In this document: positions 1 to 10,594 of the stretch, piece by piece
How positions within the stretch are numbered: position 1 is the stretch's first letter
Layout of the letters: every line of letters starts with the position of its first letter
From: Candidatus Peribacteria bacterium
Lineage (GTDB): Bacteria; Patescibacteriota; Gracilibacteria; Peribacterales; Peribacteraceae
Length of the DNA: 44,661 bases
Assembly (NCBI GenBank): GCA_903854455.1
Contig: CAINWJ010000159.1
Span: 1-44,661 of the forward strand
Direction: 5' to 3'
Notes under the pieces: model-generated
Told to the model about the DNA's origin: nothing
Seen by the model: only the letters and a program-made list of their open reading frames with translations
Databases searched by the model: none
Translations under genes and position numbers: made by a program

Positions 1-240
1 CTCACATTCCAGAAAGGAGCAAGAAAGTTGAACAAGACTTAAGAATACATTTATTATACTTAGAATTTGGCTTGTTTGTAATGATATTTAGATTATTTAG
101 CATGAATATTTCCAATTTATTGAACACAATATTTATACAGATAATCAGACTAAATTATTTCAGAGTACTACTTTGGTATACAGATAACGAACAAAGGGGG
201 AGCTGGCAAAAATACAAAGAAAGTGCTAGAATGAAACGAT

Positions 241-2034
241 ATGTTTGGATTCAATAAAAAAATCATCATAAGCATTTTCTCAATCCTTGTGATCCTTCTG
301 GCTCACAGCGAAATCGGTATGTTCAACATTGTCCATGCACAGAATGCCAATTCCTTGGGAGTCGATAAAGCAGGAATTCAGAGCCTTGTCTCGAACATCG
401 CAGTCATCAATACATTTCTCTACGTCATTCTGCTTGTGGGTCTCAATATGATGCAATACCTGATGTCCTCCGACTTCTTTAGCAATGGAACGATGATGGG
501 AGCGCTGAATACCATTTGGATCCTCTCGAGAGATATCGTGAACGTGATATTCGCACTCATGCTGGTAGGTGTTGCGGTATATACCATCGTCACTGCGGAT
601 GCCAAGTTCGTAAAAGAGAAACTTGTTCACTTCCTCATGGCTGTAGTGCTGGTCAACTTCTCGTGGTTCTTCCCACGTGTCATCATCGATGTGTCGAATA
701 TCCTAACTGCAACAGTCTTCTCGATCCCCCAGCTGCTGCCCGCAGGCAGTCAGTGCCGGATGATCGGACCGGACGGTAAGCAGGCGGATTGTGACGTGCT
801 CGTCGACAGCATGATCCTGGGAAATGCCAAACAAATGGATGAGTGGTGTACCAAAGTAGAGCCAAAGGAGAAGAAGGGAGAAACGGATTGTTTCCGAAAT
901 GCAGGTTTCTACGCTTGGAAGCGTCAAAAAATGGACTTTGCCATGAAGAACGGCACGATGACACCGTCCACTGCGATGCTCAACGGTCTGGTCATCAGTT
1001 TCGTAAAGGTAACACAGCTATCCAAGGTTCCGCAGATGAGCGTGGGGTGGACAGCTCCGACCGGCACCGCCGATGACTACAAGACGGCATTGAACATCCT
1101 GATCATCATCCTGATGACATTCGTGTTCCTGCTGGCAACCATCCTCCCCATCCTGGGCCTGGCCCTGGGATTCCTCATTAGAATCGTCATCATCTGGATG
1201 TGCATCGCATTCATGCCGTTCACATTCATCGGTTTGGCAGTAAAAGGAAGTCTGACCACCGAGGTCTTTGGTTTCGAAGTTAATCTCTGGAAGCAGTTCA
1301 CATCAGCGGTATTTCTCCCTGCCATCGTTGGAGTTCCCATTGCCATCGGCTTCGTAATGATGTCGACTGTTGCGACGATCCCTCCTCCGCCGAACTTCCC
1401 GCAGAACTTCGGTCTGCCACTCATGGGTGGAGTCGCGAACTGGTGGGCGCTGCTCTGGATGGTCGCCGCTACGGGAATCCTCTGGACGGGTGCATTTACA
1501 GCGCTCAAGAAAAACAATATCGTCGGAAAGTTTGCAGAACCGCTGCAGAACTTCGGACAGGGCATCTTCAACGCCGCCAAGCAGGTCCCGCTCCTCACAC
1601 CGCTGCCCATCCCTCTCATGCCTGCAGGATCCAACGTCGGTACGGCACTCAATAGTGCCAAGATTACCGGGGACTTCATCCGCATGCGCACATCAAGACC
1701 GGACAGCCGGGGCCTTGTGCCGGCATTCAAAGAATTCATCGGTGCCCGACCTGATGCGGCTGCGATCGGCAATAAGCTGGATAAAGGACAAGTCGATAGA
1801 ATTGTTGGAGCTATCGACAGAATTAAGGGCACCACTGATCCAGCTCAACTTTCAACGTTGATAAAAAGTGATTTACAAACGCTCGTTCCCGCAACGAGCA
1901 GAATGGAACCGCGGGAAGCAGCAGAATTCTTCAGAGATATGGCTCAAAGAAGTAATGCCACTGACACAAAAAATACGCCACTATCAACAAAGAAAGGTGA
2001 TCTCGATGCCATTCTCGCAAAATTGCCTAAATAG
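241..2034 (+). CDS. Polytopic membrane protein, CPR-type, possibly VirB6/TrbL-like
   Basis: 597-aa ORF with signal-like N-terminus, many hydrophobic helices, WxxxRDxxN and LVNFSW..PRVIID motifs, and a Cys-containing extracytoplasmic loop. TGcTAGAAT -10 box 8 nt upstream. The family assignment is from motif resemblance only. Confidence 0.6.
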   Translation: MFGFNKKIIISIFSILVILLAHSEIGMFNIVHAQNANSLGVDKAGIQSLVSNIAVINTFLYVILLVGLNMMQYLMSSDFFSNGTMMGALNTIWILSRDIVNVIFALMLVGVAVYTIVTADAKFVKEKLVHFLMAVVLVNFSWFFPRVIIDVSNILTATVFSIPQLLPAGSQCRMIGPDGKQADCDVLVDSMILGNAKQMDEWCTKVEPKEKKGETDCFRNAGFYAWKRQKMDFAMKNGTMTPSTAMLNGLVISFVKVTQLSKVPQMSVGWTAPTGTADDYKTALNILIIILMTFVFLLATILPILGLALGFLIRIVIIWMCIAFMPFTFIGLAVKGSLTTEVFGFEVNLWKQFTSAVFLPAIVGVPIAIGFVMMSTVATIPPPPNFPQNFGLPLMGGVANWWALLWMVAATGILWTGAFTALKKNNIVGKFAEPLQNFGQGIFNAAKQVPLLTPLPIPLMPAGSNVGTALNSAKITGDFIRMRTSRPDSRGLVPAFKEFIGARPDAAAIGNKLDKGQVDRIVGAIDRIKGTTDPAQLSTLIKSDLQTLVPATSRMEPREAAEFFRDMAQRSNATDTKNTPLSTKKGDLDAILAKLPK

Positions 2035-2065
2035 TTACATGTAAATTCTGACAACCTGCACACCC

Positions 2066-3322
2066 ATGCCCGACATCGAAACTCCTGCGCAGGCGAACGA
2101 AGAAACCGTCAATGTCGTGAAGGAGCAATTCAGGCAACTGGACGACCTCATCGACAAGACACATCCAAAATACAAAGAATACGAAAAGCTGCAGAATAAT
2201 GCACAGCAGACGTTCCAGCGAATGGAGAAGATGCTCACCATGCCGGGTGTATCCGCTGAAAACTTCAGGGCATTCGTCAATGGAGCAAGGGATCTGCAGA
2301 AGCTTTACGAACAATGCGTGAACATCCATGCAGAGATGGTGTATGACAAACTGAAACGAACGTTCAACGTGGACAAAACATCCACCGTAGAGAAAACACT
2401 CTTCAGTGAGGTACGAACCGCTTTCGGACCATTCCAATCAGATGAATTCAAAAGCATCGAAGCTCGTCTCCAGACGATCAGTGAAACAGCATCAAAACAA
2501 CCTGTCGATATGCTGAATGGAACCGCGGAAGGCGGTGCTGTGGGGTACTACTATTTAGACAGGGCAACGGGGAAGATTTTCCCGAACTTCCGGAAGCTGG
2601 AAGGAGACATACAGTCCCTGGAGGAAGACGAGAAGACCTTCATCGCACAATTGGGACCCGGCGCCACGGGAAAGCATGCGCAGCGCGTACTGCAAATCAT
2701 TGGCAAACTGAAAGCCGGTCTGCAGGAAATTCAGCGCATCGATCCACAGTCACTAGAAATCTGGAAATGGCAGCAGTCACTGAACATCGATCATGACATG
2801 CGCCCGCTGCGCCTCATGCTGATGGTCTCGGGCGGACTGTGTTCCGTTCTGGGTATCGGTATGGCATTGAAAGGAAAAGGAATAAGCCCGTCCACCGGAC
2901 TCTGGATGACCGTTGCCGTCCTCGCTGCCAGACCGGACCTCTTCCGGGGTGGTGACGAGAAAGTCCTGGAAAGCATCCGTGCGCTGGATCACGAAAAACT
3001 CCATGAATTCCTGACCGAGCATGACTGGAAAGATGACAAAGGCATCGCAGCATTCAAGCAAATCCAAGATGTACGTGAGGATGAGACGTTCATCGGTCTT
3101 GTCGGACAAAATACAGTGAACAAGCTGCAGATCGAACAGCTCTTCAAAAAGAAGAGCCCGGCATTCGAGCTGCTCACAAGTGACAAAATGTCTGACAGCA
3201 ACCGTGCCGAGGCGCTTCATTTGTTCGGCAGCAAGTATGATGACGGTCAGAAAGAAATGATCGAATGGACGCTCAGGCTGGGGGAATTTGGGATCGCCAA
3301 AGCAGCAGCAGGAACACTGTGA
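2066..3322 (+). CDS. Hypothetical protein, helical, with a central hydrophobic hairpin
   Basis: 418-aa ORF co-oriented with the upstream gene; hydrophobic segment LMLMVSGGLCSVLGIGMAL...LWMTVAVLAA; no family recognised. Confidence 0.65.
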   Translation: MPDIETPAQANEETVNVVKEQFRQLDDLIDKTHPKYKEYEKLQNNAQQTFQRMEKMLTMPGVSAENFRAFVNGARDLQKLYEQCVNIHAEMVYDKLKRTFNVDKTSTVEKTLFSEVRTAFGPFQSDEFKSIEARLQTISETASKQPVDMLNGTAEGGAVGYYYLDRATGKIFPNFRKLEGDIQSLEEDEKTFIAQLGPGATGKHAQRVLQIIGKLKAGLQEIQRIDPQSLEIWKWQQSLNIDHDMRPLRLMLMVSGGLCSVLGIGMALKGKGISPSTGLWMTVAVLAARPDLFRGGDEKVLESIRALDHEKLHEFLTEHDWKDDKGIAAFKQIQDVREDETFIGLVGQNTVNKLQIEQLFKKKSPAFELLTSDKMSDSNRAEALHLFGSKYDDGQKEMIEWTLRLGEFGIAKAAAGTL

Positions 3323-3326
3323 CAGG

Positions 3327-3397
3327 AGTGGTCAGCGATCTGTAATAGTTCGCAGAGATCTTTTCTGCTACATGATTAAGCTGACCGCTGACCGCTG
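3327..3397. repeat. Degenerate inverted tandem-repeat element, 7-mer (AGCGGTC/GCTGACC)
   Basis: agtggtcagcgatc (3327-3340) vs gctgaccgctgaccgct (3380-3396), between convergent genes. Confidence 0.5.
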
Positions 3398-5659
3398 CTA
3401 CGCCACCTTCGTGAACTCCTTCGTGAACGCCTCCAGGATATCCCCTGTTTCGATGGTCGAGGTACAGGTGACGCGCATGCCGCACTCGGAACCCTCCTTG
3501 GCTTCCTTGATGTCCTTCTCGACGTGCTTGAGCGATGTGATGCGACCGGTACCGGCAAGCTGCTCCCCACGCATCAGCCTGAACGGCGTACGCTTGAGGT
3601 AGCCGTCTGCAACTTTGCCTCCGATGATTTGCTCGCTGCCCTTGGTGAAGAAGACACCACGAACTTCCAGATGTCCGGTGACACGCTCCTCCTCCACCGG
3701 AACGATCAGACCCTTGAGCAGCAACTCCAGATCCTCGAGCAGCTTGTAGATGATGTCGTACTGCTTGACCGCCACACCTTCACGATCCGCGGTCTTGTGG
3801 ACGGCGGAGGGAACATCTGCGTTGAACCCGACGACGATGGCACCACCGGCGGCAGCCATCATGACATCACTTTCCGTCACATCGCCAACAGCCGCATGAA
3901 TGACCTTGGGATGCACCTTCTCCGTCGTGAGTTTCCTCATAGCTTCCTGGATGGACTCCAGTGATCCCTGTGCATCGGCCTTGAGAATGATCTTGAGTTC
4001 CTTGAGCTTGCCTTCAGAGAGACGGCTCACCAGATCCGCAAAACCGTGCTTGGCTTCACGGCCACGCGATTCCTGGTAGGCAGTGAGATAATCCTTGAGC
4101 TCCCGATCTGTTGCGAAGACCTGCAGAATATCTCCCGCCTGAGGTAGCTTACCAAGCCCCGCGACAACAGCCGGTCCCGACGGACCGACATGATCGATGC
4201 GCTCCGTGCGCTCATCGAATAGCGCTTTCACACGACCATCCACGCCGCCGCATCCGATGATATCGCCGACAGCCAGCGTGCCAGTATTGACGATCACGGT
4301 AGCCAACGGTCCGCGGGATTTGTCGAGGTGACTCTCGATCACGGTTGCGATCGCCGGACGTGAAACATTTGCCTTCAGTTCCTCCATCTCAGCGACAAGT
4401 AGAATGTGCTCGAGAAGCTCCGGAATCCCCTGCTTGGTCACGGCGGAACATGGAATGACCGGGACAGTGCCGCCCCAATCCTCCGGCTGCAATCCCTGAC
4501 CGGCGAGCTCGCCTTTCACACGCTCGGGATCGGCATTGGGACGATCGATCTTGTTGAGTGCGACGATGATGGGCACCTCGGCGTCCTTGGCATGGTTGAT
4601 GGCTTCGATGGTCGTCGGCTTCACACCTTCCTCAGCTGAAACGACCAGAATGGCGATGTCGGTGAGCTGTGCGCCCCTGGCACGCATGGCGGTGAATGCC
4701 TCGTGACCCGGTGTATCGATGAACGTGATGGGCTTGCCCTCGTGGATCACCTGATACGCACCGACGTGCTGCGTGATGCCTCCAGCTTCACCGGCAACAA
4801 CGTTGGCATGACGAATGGCATCCAAAATCGCTGTCTTGCCGTGGTCGACGTGACCCATGACGGTCACGATGGGAGCACGCGGTGTGAGCTTGGCAGGATC
4901 ATCTTCCTTGGTCAGAGTCGCCAAGTCATTGTGCAGCAGCGCCTCCACCGAGACGGAGCCGACGTCCCGCTCCACCGTGACACCCAGCTCCAGCGCAACG
5001 ATGGATGCCGTCTCGAAGTCGATCTGCTGGTTGATGGTCGCCATGACGCCGCTCTTCATGAGTGCACCGATGACGCGCGGAACCTGGATACCCGCTTTCT
5101 CGGCAAATTCTTTGACCGTGATGCTGGAAGGAAGCAAAACAGGACCGGACTTCTGCTTGATCTGGACCTGATGATCGGGATTCGACTTACGATTCAATTG
5201 CTTGAGGAGCTTGTTCTCGACGAGCCGCTGCTCCAGTTCTTCCTTACTCAAGACCTTGGGTCGCTTCATCTCCCGCGCCATCGCCTGCTTCTGACGATCG
5301 ACCGCTGCCTGGGACACGTTCTCCAGTGTCAGCTTGCGCATGATGTTGAGATTCTCAGGCTTCAGCACTTTGGGTGCGGCCTGTTCAGAAGTGACAGGAG
5401 TATCGGTAGACGCAGCTGCTTCCTCCGGCTTCTCATCCTCCTCATCACCTGCCTCTTTCTTGCCGGTACGGATAGCTTCGACCGCCTCCCAATCAACGTT
5501 GATTTTGCGCTTGTTGGCGACAAACCGGATGACACCCATCGCCAGTCCGTCAGCCACTTCACGGTCCGTCGGACGGACACCGAAATCGACCTGCGTCAGT
5601 TCATGACGGAGCTCCTGTCCACTGATGCCGAGGATTTTTGCAACCTGAACGAGACGCAT
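3398..5659 (-). CDS. infB: Translation initiation factor IF-2
   Basis: [34 protein letters not shown] and NKID GTPase motifs; C-terminal EGSECG. Confidence 0.98.
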   Translation of the reverse strand: MRLVQVAKILGISGQELRHELTQVDFGVRPTDREVADGLAMGVIRFVANKRKINVDWEAVEAIRTGKKEAGDEEDEKPEEAAASTDTPVTSEQAAPKVLKPENLNIMRKLTLENVSQAAVDRQKQAMAREMKRPKVLSKEELEQRLVENKLLKQLNRKSNPDHQVQIKQKSGPVLLPSSITVKEFAEKAGIQVPRVIGALMKSGVMATINQQIDFETASIVALELGVTVERDVGSVSVEALLHNDLATLTKEDDPAKLTPRAPIVTVMGHVDHGKTAILDAIRHANVVAGEAGGITQHVGAYQVIHEGKPITFIDTPGHEAFTAMRARGAQLTDIAILVVSAEEGVKPTTIEAINHAKDAEVPIIVALNKIDRPNADPERVKGELAGQGLQPEDWGGTVPVIPCSAVTKQGIPELLEHILLVAEMEELKANVSRPAIATVIESHLDKSRGPLATVIVNTGTLAVGDIIGCGGVDGRVKALFDERTERIDHVGPSGPAVVAGLGKLPQAGDILQVFATDRELKDYLTAYQESRGREAKHGFADLVSRLSEGKLKELKIILKADAQGSLESIQEAMRKLTTEKVHPKVIHAAVGDVTESDVMMAAAGGAIVVGFNADVPSAVHKTADREGVAVKQYDIIYKLLEDLELLLKGLIVPVEEERVTGHLEVRGVFFTKGSEQIIGGKVADGYLKRTPFRLMRGEQLAGTGRITSLKHVEKDIKEAKEGSECGMRVTCTSTIETGDILEAFTKEFTKVA

Positions 5660-5711
5660 GTGCGAGGCAAGAGTAGCACGGAGGAGGCGCTCGGTGATAG
5701 TGGCTTCGTGA

Positions 5712-5797
5712 GAGGGTCAGGTATCAGGGTCAGGGTCAGGGAACGCGCATGGAAAATTGAGAGGTCAATCCTGACCCCGACCCTCACCCTGACCCTA
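5712..5797. repeat. Inverted tandem-repeat element, 6-mer (CAGGGT/ACCCTG)
   Basis: Left arm gagggtcaggtatcagggtcagggtcaggg (5712-5741); right arm tcctgaccccgaccctcaccctgacccta (5769-5797), ending in the TAG stop of the DHH gene. Confidence 0.85.
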
Positions 5798-7096
5798 CTT
5801 ATTCAACTCCCCAACCACATCAATCGCTGGTTTAGATGGCGTTGATGGCTTCGGCGCTTCCTGAGGCACTGACGCAGAAACGGGCTTCGTCACCACCGGA
5901 GCTTTCACAGCAACGCGCTCCACCCGCTCCCCTTCGCCACGCTGACGCAAGGCTTCCACCTTCATCTGCTGGATGCACTCGACGACCTTGAGCTGGAAGT
6001 TCGGGTACTGCTTCACTTTGAATCCGGACGCACGCGCATGACCACCGCCGCCGAAGAGTCTGCCTGCCATGACGTTCACATCGATCGCGGCGGAGGACCG
6101 GAGACTCGCCTTGAATCCGCCATCCTCGACCTCGGTGAACAGTGCGTGGACGTCGGCATCCGGAACCGTCGTAATCAATTCGTCTAAAATCCCCTGCGTC
6201 TCCTTCGACGTCGCCGCCATCTCCGCGAAGTCATCGCGACTGACAGTCGACCAGACGATGCGCGCCTCGGGGTCAACCTGGATCCGGTTCAGTGCACGAC
6301 CCCAGATCTTCAGGGTCGAGAGCGGCTTGGTCTTGTATACGTGCTGAATAATCTCCTGCTGCCGTGCGCCCATATCCAGCAGATTGGCAGCAACCTCGAG
6401 AGACCGCGGTGTGGTATTCGGATTCTGAAAACTGCGAGTATCGGTGATCAATCCCGTGAGAAGTAAGGTAGCGATATCCGCCGTGACCTTGTCCTTCCAC
6501 TGGGGCGTTGCCATGAACCAGTGATACAGAACTTCGGTAGCACTGGCGGACGTGGGGTCGATGAGATGCGTCTGACCGAACGCTGAATTGCTGATGTGAT
6601 GGTCGACGTTGAGGATGGGCACGTTCGAGAATAGTTCCGTGTGCTCCGTGTACGTGGAGCCAAGCAACGTGAGATCGGCGGTATCGATGACGAGGATGAG
6701 GTCATACTTGGAGCCATCGGAGAACACTGAGACGTTCTTCGGATTGATCCTCCCCTTCTTCGGCATCACGATGATGTTCACCTTGGAGTCCTCAACGGTG
6801 TACCGGAGCTTCTCGATCTCGACGCCATTGGAGCAATCAAGCGTGATGATGCACTCCTGCTCCTCCTTGAGTGTGGTGGAGAGCATCTCCGCATTCGGCA
6901 GAAACTTGAGCGACTCCGGCAGCGTATCAGCACACACCACGGTGCACTCCTTTCCAAGTGAGCGAAACAGCGAATAGCACGCCAGCGCACTCCCGAGTGC
7001 ATCAGGATCAGGATTGGCATGCGGCAGGATGAGGATCTTCTGCGCGTGCTCGATGATCGTCGTGGCCGTCTGGATATCGGTAGAACTCAAGGGCAT
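5795..7096 (-). CDS. nrnA: DHH-family phosphoesterase (NrnA-like oligoribonuclease/pAp phosphatase)
   Basis: HANPDPDALGS, IDTAD, NVDHH, GLITDT and GGGGHARASG motifs. ATG at 7096 preferred over TTG at 7102. Confidence 0.88.
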   Translation of the reverse strand: MPLSSTDIQTATTIIEHAQKILILPHANPDPDALGSALACYSLFRSLGKECTVVCADTLPESLKFLPNAEMLSTTLKEEQECIITLDCSNGVEIEKLRYTVEDSKVNIIVMPKKGRINPKNVSVFSDGSKYDLILVIDTADLTLLGSTYTEHTELFSNVPILNVDHHISNSAFGQTHLIDPTSASATEVLYHWFMATPQWKDKVTADIATLLLTGLITDTRSFQNPNTTPRSLEVAANLLDMGARQQEIIQHVYKTKPLSTLKIWGRALNRIQVDPEARIVWSTVSRDDFAEMAATSKETQGILDELITTVPDADVHALFTEVEDGGFKASLRSSAAIDVNVMAGRLFGGGGHARASGFKVKQYPNFQLKVVECIQQMKVEALRQRGEGERVERVAVKAPVVTKPVSASVPQEAPKPSTPSKPAIDVVGELNK

Positions 7097-7250
7097 AGAC
7101 AAGTGTTCTTACTATTGTAACATAATATTATTAGATAATCAAGTATAGGTTCTGTCTAGTGAGGGGGAAAAGGGCGAGATCGTACAGCAAAGGAGCGGCT
7201 CGTGCCAGAGGAAAGGATCGCTCCGATTGCAACAACAACCCTCATTTATC

Positions 7251-7273
7251 GAAGCTGCGACATCGTGTCGCAG
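7251..7273 (+). repeat. REP-like palindrome (GAAG-CTGCGACA-tcg-TGTCGCAG)
   Basis: Perfect 8-bp stem and 3-nt loop with a GTAG-like tail; same sequence as the interrupted REP at 35919-35973. Confidence 0.7.
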
Positions 7274-7293
7274 ACATTTGCTACAAATTATGA

Positions 7294-7369
7294 TGGTCGG
7301 GGTGCAGGGACTCGAACCCTGGGTCTCCAGACCCCCAGCCTGGCGCTTTACCAACTAAGCTACACCCCG
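7294..7369 (-). tRNA. tRNA-Pro(GGG)
   Basis: Reverse complement CGGGGTGTAGCTTAGTTGGTAAAGCGCCAGGCTGGGGGTCTGGAGACCCAGGGTTCGAGTCCCTGCACCCCGACCA forms a cloverleaf with anticodon GGG and encoded CCA. Confidence 0.97.
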
Positions 7370-7371
7370 AA

Positions 7372-7468
7372 CGGAGCGGTAAGCGGCAAGCGCAGAAATA
7401 TTGGGGATGCCTGACGCAACTCAATCTTAGCGCTGATCGCTAATCGCTGAAAGCTAATCGCTCCTCCG
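7372..7468. repeat. Inverted tandem-repeat element, 7-mer (AGCGRTH/GCTRATC)
   Basis: Left arm cggagcggtaagcggcaagcg (7372-7392); right arm cgctgatcgctaatcgctgaaagctaatcgct (7431-7462). Fills the gap between the Cys-rich gene stop and the tRNA-Pro 5' end. Confidence 0.7.
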
Positions 7469-9148
7469 TCAGTACACTTCTTTCAGATAGCAGGATTCAC
7501 AATACACAATCTCCGGACGCTCGGGGGCATAGGTGGACTCCATCGTAATGCCACATTTGAAGCAGCACCGCTTCCATATTTTGCGCGGATTCCTGAGCGC
7601 CATCCTTTGTCTATGACGCTCATCGGGATGGATGCGCGGTACGGGCAATTTCATCTCACGGTAGAAATCCAACTCCTTCCTGATAATCCTAAATGGGCGC
7701 GCTGTGACCTCACAACGAATCGCCCACTGCAAAATATCATCAGGAACAGCATCAATCGAATCCGGCAGATGCTTCCCGTCAATCACTTTCTGGACATTCG
7801 GCAGTTCATCACTCGCCTCTCTCCATTTCCAACCTCGCCTCAGAGCCTCCTCCTTCCGTAAAGGGAAATATTCGTTCGCGACGGTTTCGTTATACATAAA
7901 GCGGGATAGCATCACAGGAAAGAACTCACCCCACTCCTCGTCTGCCCGCATCTTCTGAATGATCCGCAAAACGAGCCTTTCGTACTCAGCCTCGGTGTAC
8001 TGCTTATTCAGAATGCAGAACTCGTTGCGCTTCAGTCCGACACAGCCGAAGAGATGACACGAGTTATAGCAATGATCGCAGTAGACCAATGACGTAGTTT
8101 CGGCACCGAATACACAGAAGAGATCGTTGTAACCTTTTGGGAAGATCTCAACCGCCTCATAGCTCAATTCGCAAAAACCTGTCTCATTACAATCCTGACA
8201 ATCCCTACAACCGACACCATCGCAGATGAAACGGCAATCCTGAGAATCCTGCGTATTGAAAGCCTGCGTGACGTTTCTGGACATGGAAATGTAATCACCT
8301 TCACACCCTTCACATTGACGTGAATGAACCGCTCGATGGTGCGCCTTCTGACGCAACCCCGCGAATTTCGCCTGCGCAGCCAGGACGACCACCTCATCTC
8401 CTTGAAGGAATTGTCGGAGCTTCGCTTTGAATTCTTCGGGGGAATACTGGATATTTTCTATGCAATAAGATTTGCCACGGAGCTGTGAGCAGAGAATGCA
8501 ATCATGACAACCGGTACAGTCGTAGCACCAAGCGCACGACGAACAGTTCTCACAATCAATACAGTAACGGCAGGTATCGCACTGCTGGAAATTCAAACAT
8601 TGATAACAACGCCGGCTCCCGATCCCCACACTGCAATCGAAGCAGTCCGTACACTTCTGCAAGCTGGAGACAAAGCAACAATCCTCATTGTAGTCACTGG
8701 AGAAAAGCAAATAACAATTCTTGTTGTACCCACAGACGTTTGTGTACTCGCTGTTCTCATTCTGGAAATAGGCAAGATTGCGGCGCGGGACGCGATCCAT
8801 CAGTTCAGCGATCTGCCCGAAGAAGGGACGACTCTCATCAAACGGTTTCCCGTACGAAAGCGGATCCCACCCATCTCCCCACCACTCTTTCTGCTCATAT
8901 ACGGGAAACTTCGTCTCGGGTGCGTACATGGAAATGATCTCCTTGCCGGTAGCATCGCACTTCCTCTTATACAGCGTTCGTTCATTGCGGAATGCAAGAC
9001 GTCGCTGCTGACGACAGTCGGGGCAGAGCTTTGGTGGAGGGATCAACTCCTTCTTTCCATTGAACACCGGCGAAAGCTTCTCGAGAAACACGAGGTCTTC
9101 AGGCGTAATCTCGAAACCGATGGAGCACTGCAGGCAGGTTTTCTGCAT
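7469..9148 (-). CDS. Cys-rich zinc-ribbon protein of the CPR multicopy family
   Basis: N-terminal CxxC...PPPKLCPDCRQQRRLAFRNER, long CxxC/CxDC runs, FGCVGLK..FCILNKQY, C-terminal CxxC...VYCESCY. Function unknown. Confidence 0.85.
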   Translation of the reverse strand: MQKTCLQCSIGFEITPEDLVFLEKLSPVFNGKKELIPPPKLCPDCRQQRRLAFRNERTLYKRKCDATGKEIISMYAPETKFPVYEQKEWWGDGWDPLSYGKPFDESRPFFGQIAELMDRVPRRNLAYFQNENSEYTNVCGYNKNCYLLFSSDYNEDCCFVSSLQKCTDCFDCSVGIGSRRCYQCLNFQQCDTCRYCIDCENCSSCAWCYDCTGCHDCILCSQLRGKSYCIENIQYSPEEFKAKLRQFLQGDEVVVLAAQAKFAGLRQKAHHRAVHSRQCEGCEGDYISMSRNVTQAFNTQDSQDCRFICDGVGCRDCQDCNETGFCELSYEAVEIFPKGYNDLFCVFGAETTSLVYCDHCYNSCHLFGCVGLKRNEFCILNKQYTEAEYERLVLRIIQKMRADEEWGEFFPVMLSRFMYNETVANEYFPLRKEEALRRGWKWREASDELPNVQKVIDGKHLPDSIDAVPDDILQWAIRCEVTARPFRIIRKELDFYREMKLPVPRIHPDERHRQRMALRNPRKIWKRCCFKCGITMESTYAPERPEIVYCESCYLKEVY

Positions 9149-9169
9149 ACTCGGATTATATACCGAGAT

Positions 9170-9195
9170 GCTGATCGCTTACCGCTAATCGCTTA
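9170..9195. repeat. Single 7-mer repeat arm (GCTGATC/GCTAATC) overlapping the eno stop
   Basis: gctgatcgcttaccgctaatcgctta; direct repeat of the 7431-7462 arm. Confidence 0.65.
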
Positions 9196-10470
9196 CTTGA
9201 ACGGCGACTCATATACCGCCTTCGCACCAAGCTCTTCTTCGATCCTGAGGAGCTGGTTGTACTTGCAGACACGATCCGTGCGGCTGGTGGCGCCGGTCTT
9301 GATCTGACCGGTCCCGAGACCGACGACCAAATCCGCAATGGACGTATCCTCCGTCTCGCCTGAGCGATGAGACACCACAGCGGTCCATCCTGCTGCGCGC
9401 GCCATGTCCACGGCATCCACCGTCTCGGTCACGGTGCCGATCTGGTTTAGTTTGATAAGGATGGAGTTGGCTGACTTCTCTTTGATCCCGCGCTTGAGCC
9501 TCTCCACGTTCGTGACAAACAGGTCGTCACCAACGATCTGGATCTTCTTCCCAAGACGCTTCTGCAGGAGATTCCAGCCTTCCCAATCATCTTCCGCCAG
9601 TCCATCCTCGATGGACACGAGTGGGTACTTCTTCGTCCACTCTTCGTAGAAATCAACCAGACCTGCGCTCGGAAGCTTCTTCCCCTCACGACTCAAATTG
9701 TACGTTCCTCCATCGAAGAGTTCGCTGGCTGCACCGTCGATGGCGATGCCGACATCCTTCCCCGGCTTGTAGCCGGCAAGCTCAATGCCAGCGAGGATGA
9801 CTTCAATGACTTTGGAGTTGCTCTCAAGACTCGGGCCGTACGCACCCTCAAAACCGACGTTGATGTTGAAACCCTCCTTCTTCAGAACCTTCGCAATGGC
9901 CTGATAGATCTCTGCGCCCCAGCGCAATCCCTCCGTAAACGTCGGCGCACCGATGGGCATTACCATGAACTCCTGGAAGTCAGAGCTGTCATCCGCGTGC
10001 TTGCCTCCCTCCAGCACCAGCACCATTGGCACCGGCAATTTTAGAGACCGCTTGTCCGACGACAGATCGTGGAAGTACAGATATAGGGGTTGCTTGCGGC
10101 TTGCCGCAACGGCGTGCGAGAACGCGAGCGACACGCCCAGCGTCGCATTCGCACCGAGCTTGCTTTTGTTCGGGGTACCATCGAGTGCGACAAGAGCCAT
10201 ATCCAGCGATCGCTGGTCAAACTCCTTTCCTTTCACAGCTTTGAGAATCAATGTATTGACGTTGCTCACCGCCTTCAGCGTCCCCTTCCCGCCGAAGCGC
10301 ATCTTGTCGCTGTCACGAAGTTCCGTTGCCTCATACTTTCCAGTCGATGCCCCGGAAGGAACCGCTGCTCTGCCGAATGAACCGTCGGAGAGCGTGCAGT
10401 CGACCTCGACGGTCGGTGTACCGCGGGAATCGAGGATCTGGCGGGCATGGAGGGAGGAGATGGAGGTCAT
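9193..10470 (-). CDS. eno: Enolase
   Basis: [53 protein letters not shown] and [10 protein letters not shown] motifs. Confidence 0.98.
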   Translation of the reverse strand: MTSISSLHARQILDSRGTPTVEVDCTLSDGSFGRAAVPSGASTGKYEATELRDSDKMRFGGKGTLKAVSNVNTLILKAVKGKEFDQRSLDMALVALDGTPNKSKLGANATLGVSLAFSHAVAASRKQPLYLYFHDLSSDKRSLKLPVPMVLVLEGGKHADDSSDFQEFMVMPIGAPTFTEGLRWGAEIYQAIAKVLKKEGFNINVGFEGAYGPSLESNSKVIEVILAGIELAGYKPGKDVGIAIDGAASELFDGGTYNLSREGKKLPSAGLVDFYEEWTKKYPLVSIEDGLAEDDWEGWNLLQKRLGKKIQIVGDDLFVTNVERLKRGIKEKSANSILIKLNQIGTVTETVDAVDMARAAGWTAVVSHRSGETEDTSIADLVVGLGTGQIKTGATSRTDRVCKYNQLLRIEEELGAKAVYESPFK

Positions 10471-10474
10471 GAGG

Positions 10475-10572
10475 AATTGAGAATGTAAAATGTAGAATGT
10501 AGAATTATTGATTCACCGCAAGAGTAAGCGATGTACCGTCATTCTACATTTTACATTCTACATTTTACATTC
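10475..10572. mobile_element. Empty copy of the AGAATGT inverted tandem-repeat element
   Basis: Arms 10475-10506 (AATTGAGAATGTAAAATGTAGAATGTAGAATT) and 10540-10572 (CATTCTACATTTTACATTCTACATTTTACATTC) with a 33-bp spacer. Arms match those flanking the four-helix-bundle gene. Mobility is inferred. Confidence 0.75.
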
Positions 10573-10594
10573 GCTCTTGTCTTGCTATTTTTTT

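Noticed and set aside
72..257. 61-aa ORF at the window start
   Set aside because: TTG start in AT-rich DNA, overlapping the promoter and start of the next gene; unsupported.
4703..5845. 380-aa plus-strand ORF
   Set aside because: Antisense shadow of infB; no recognisable motifs.
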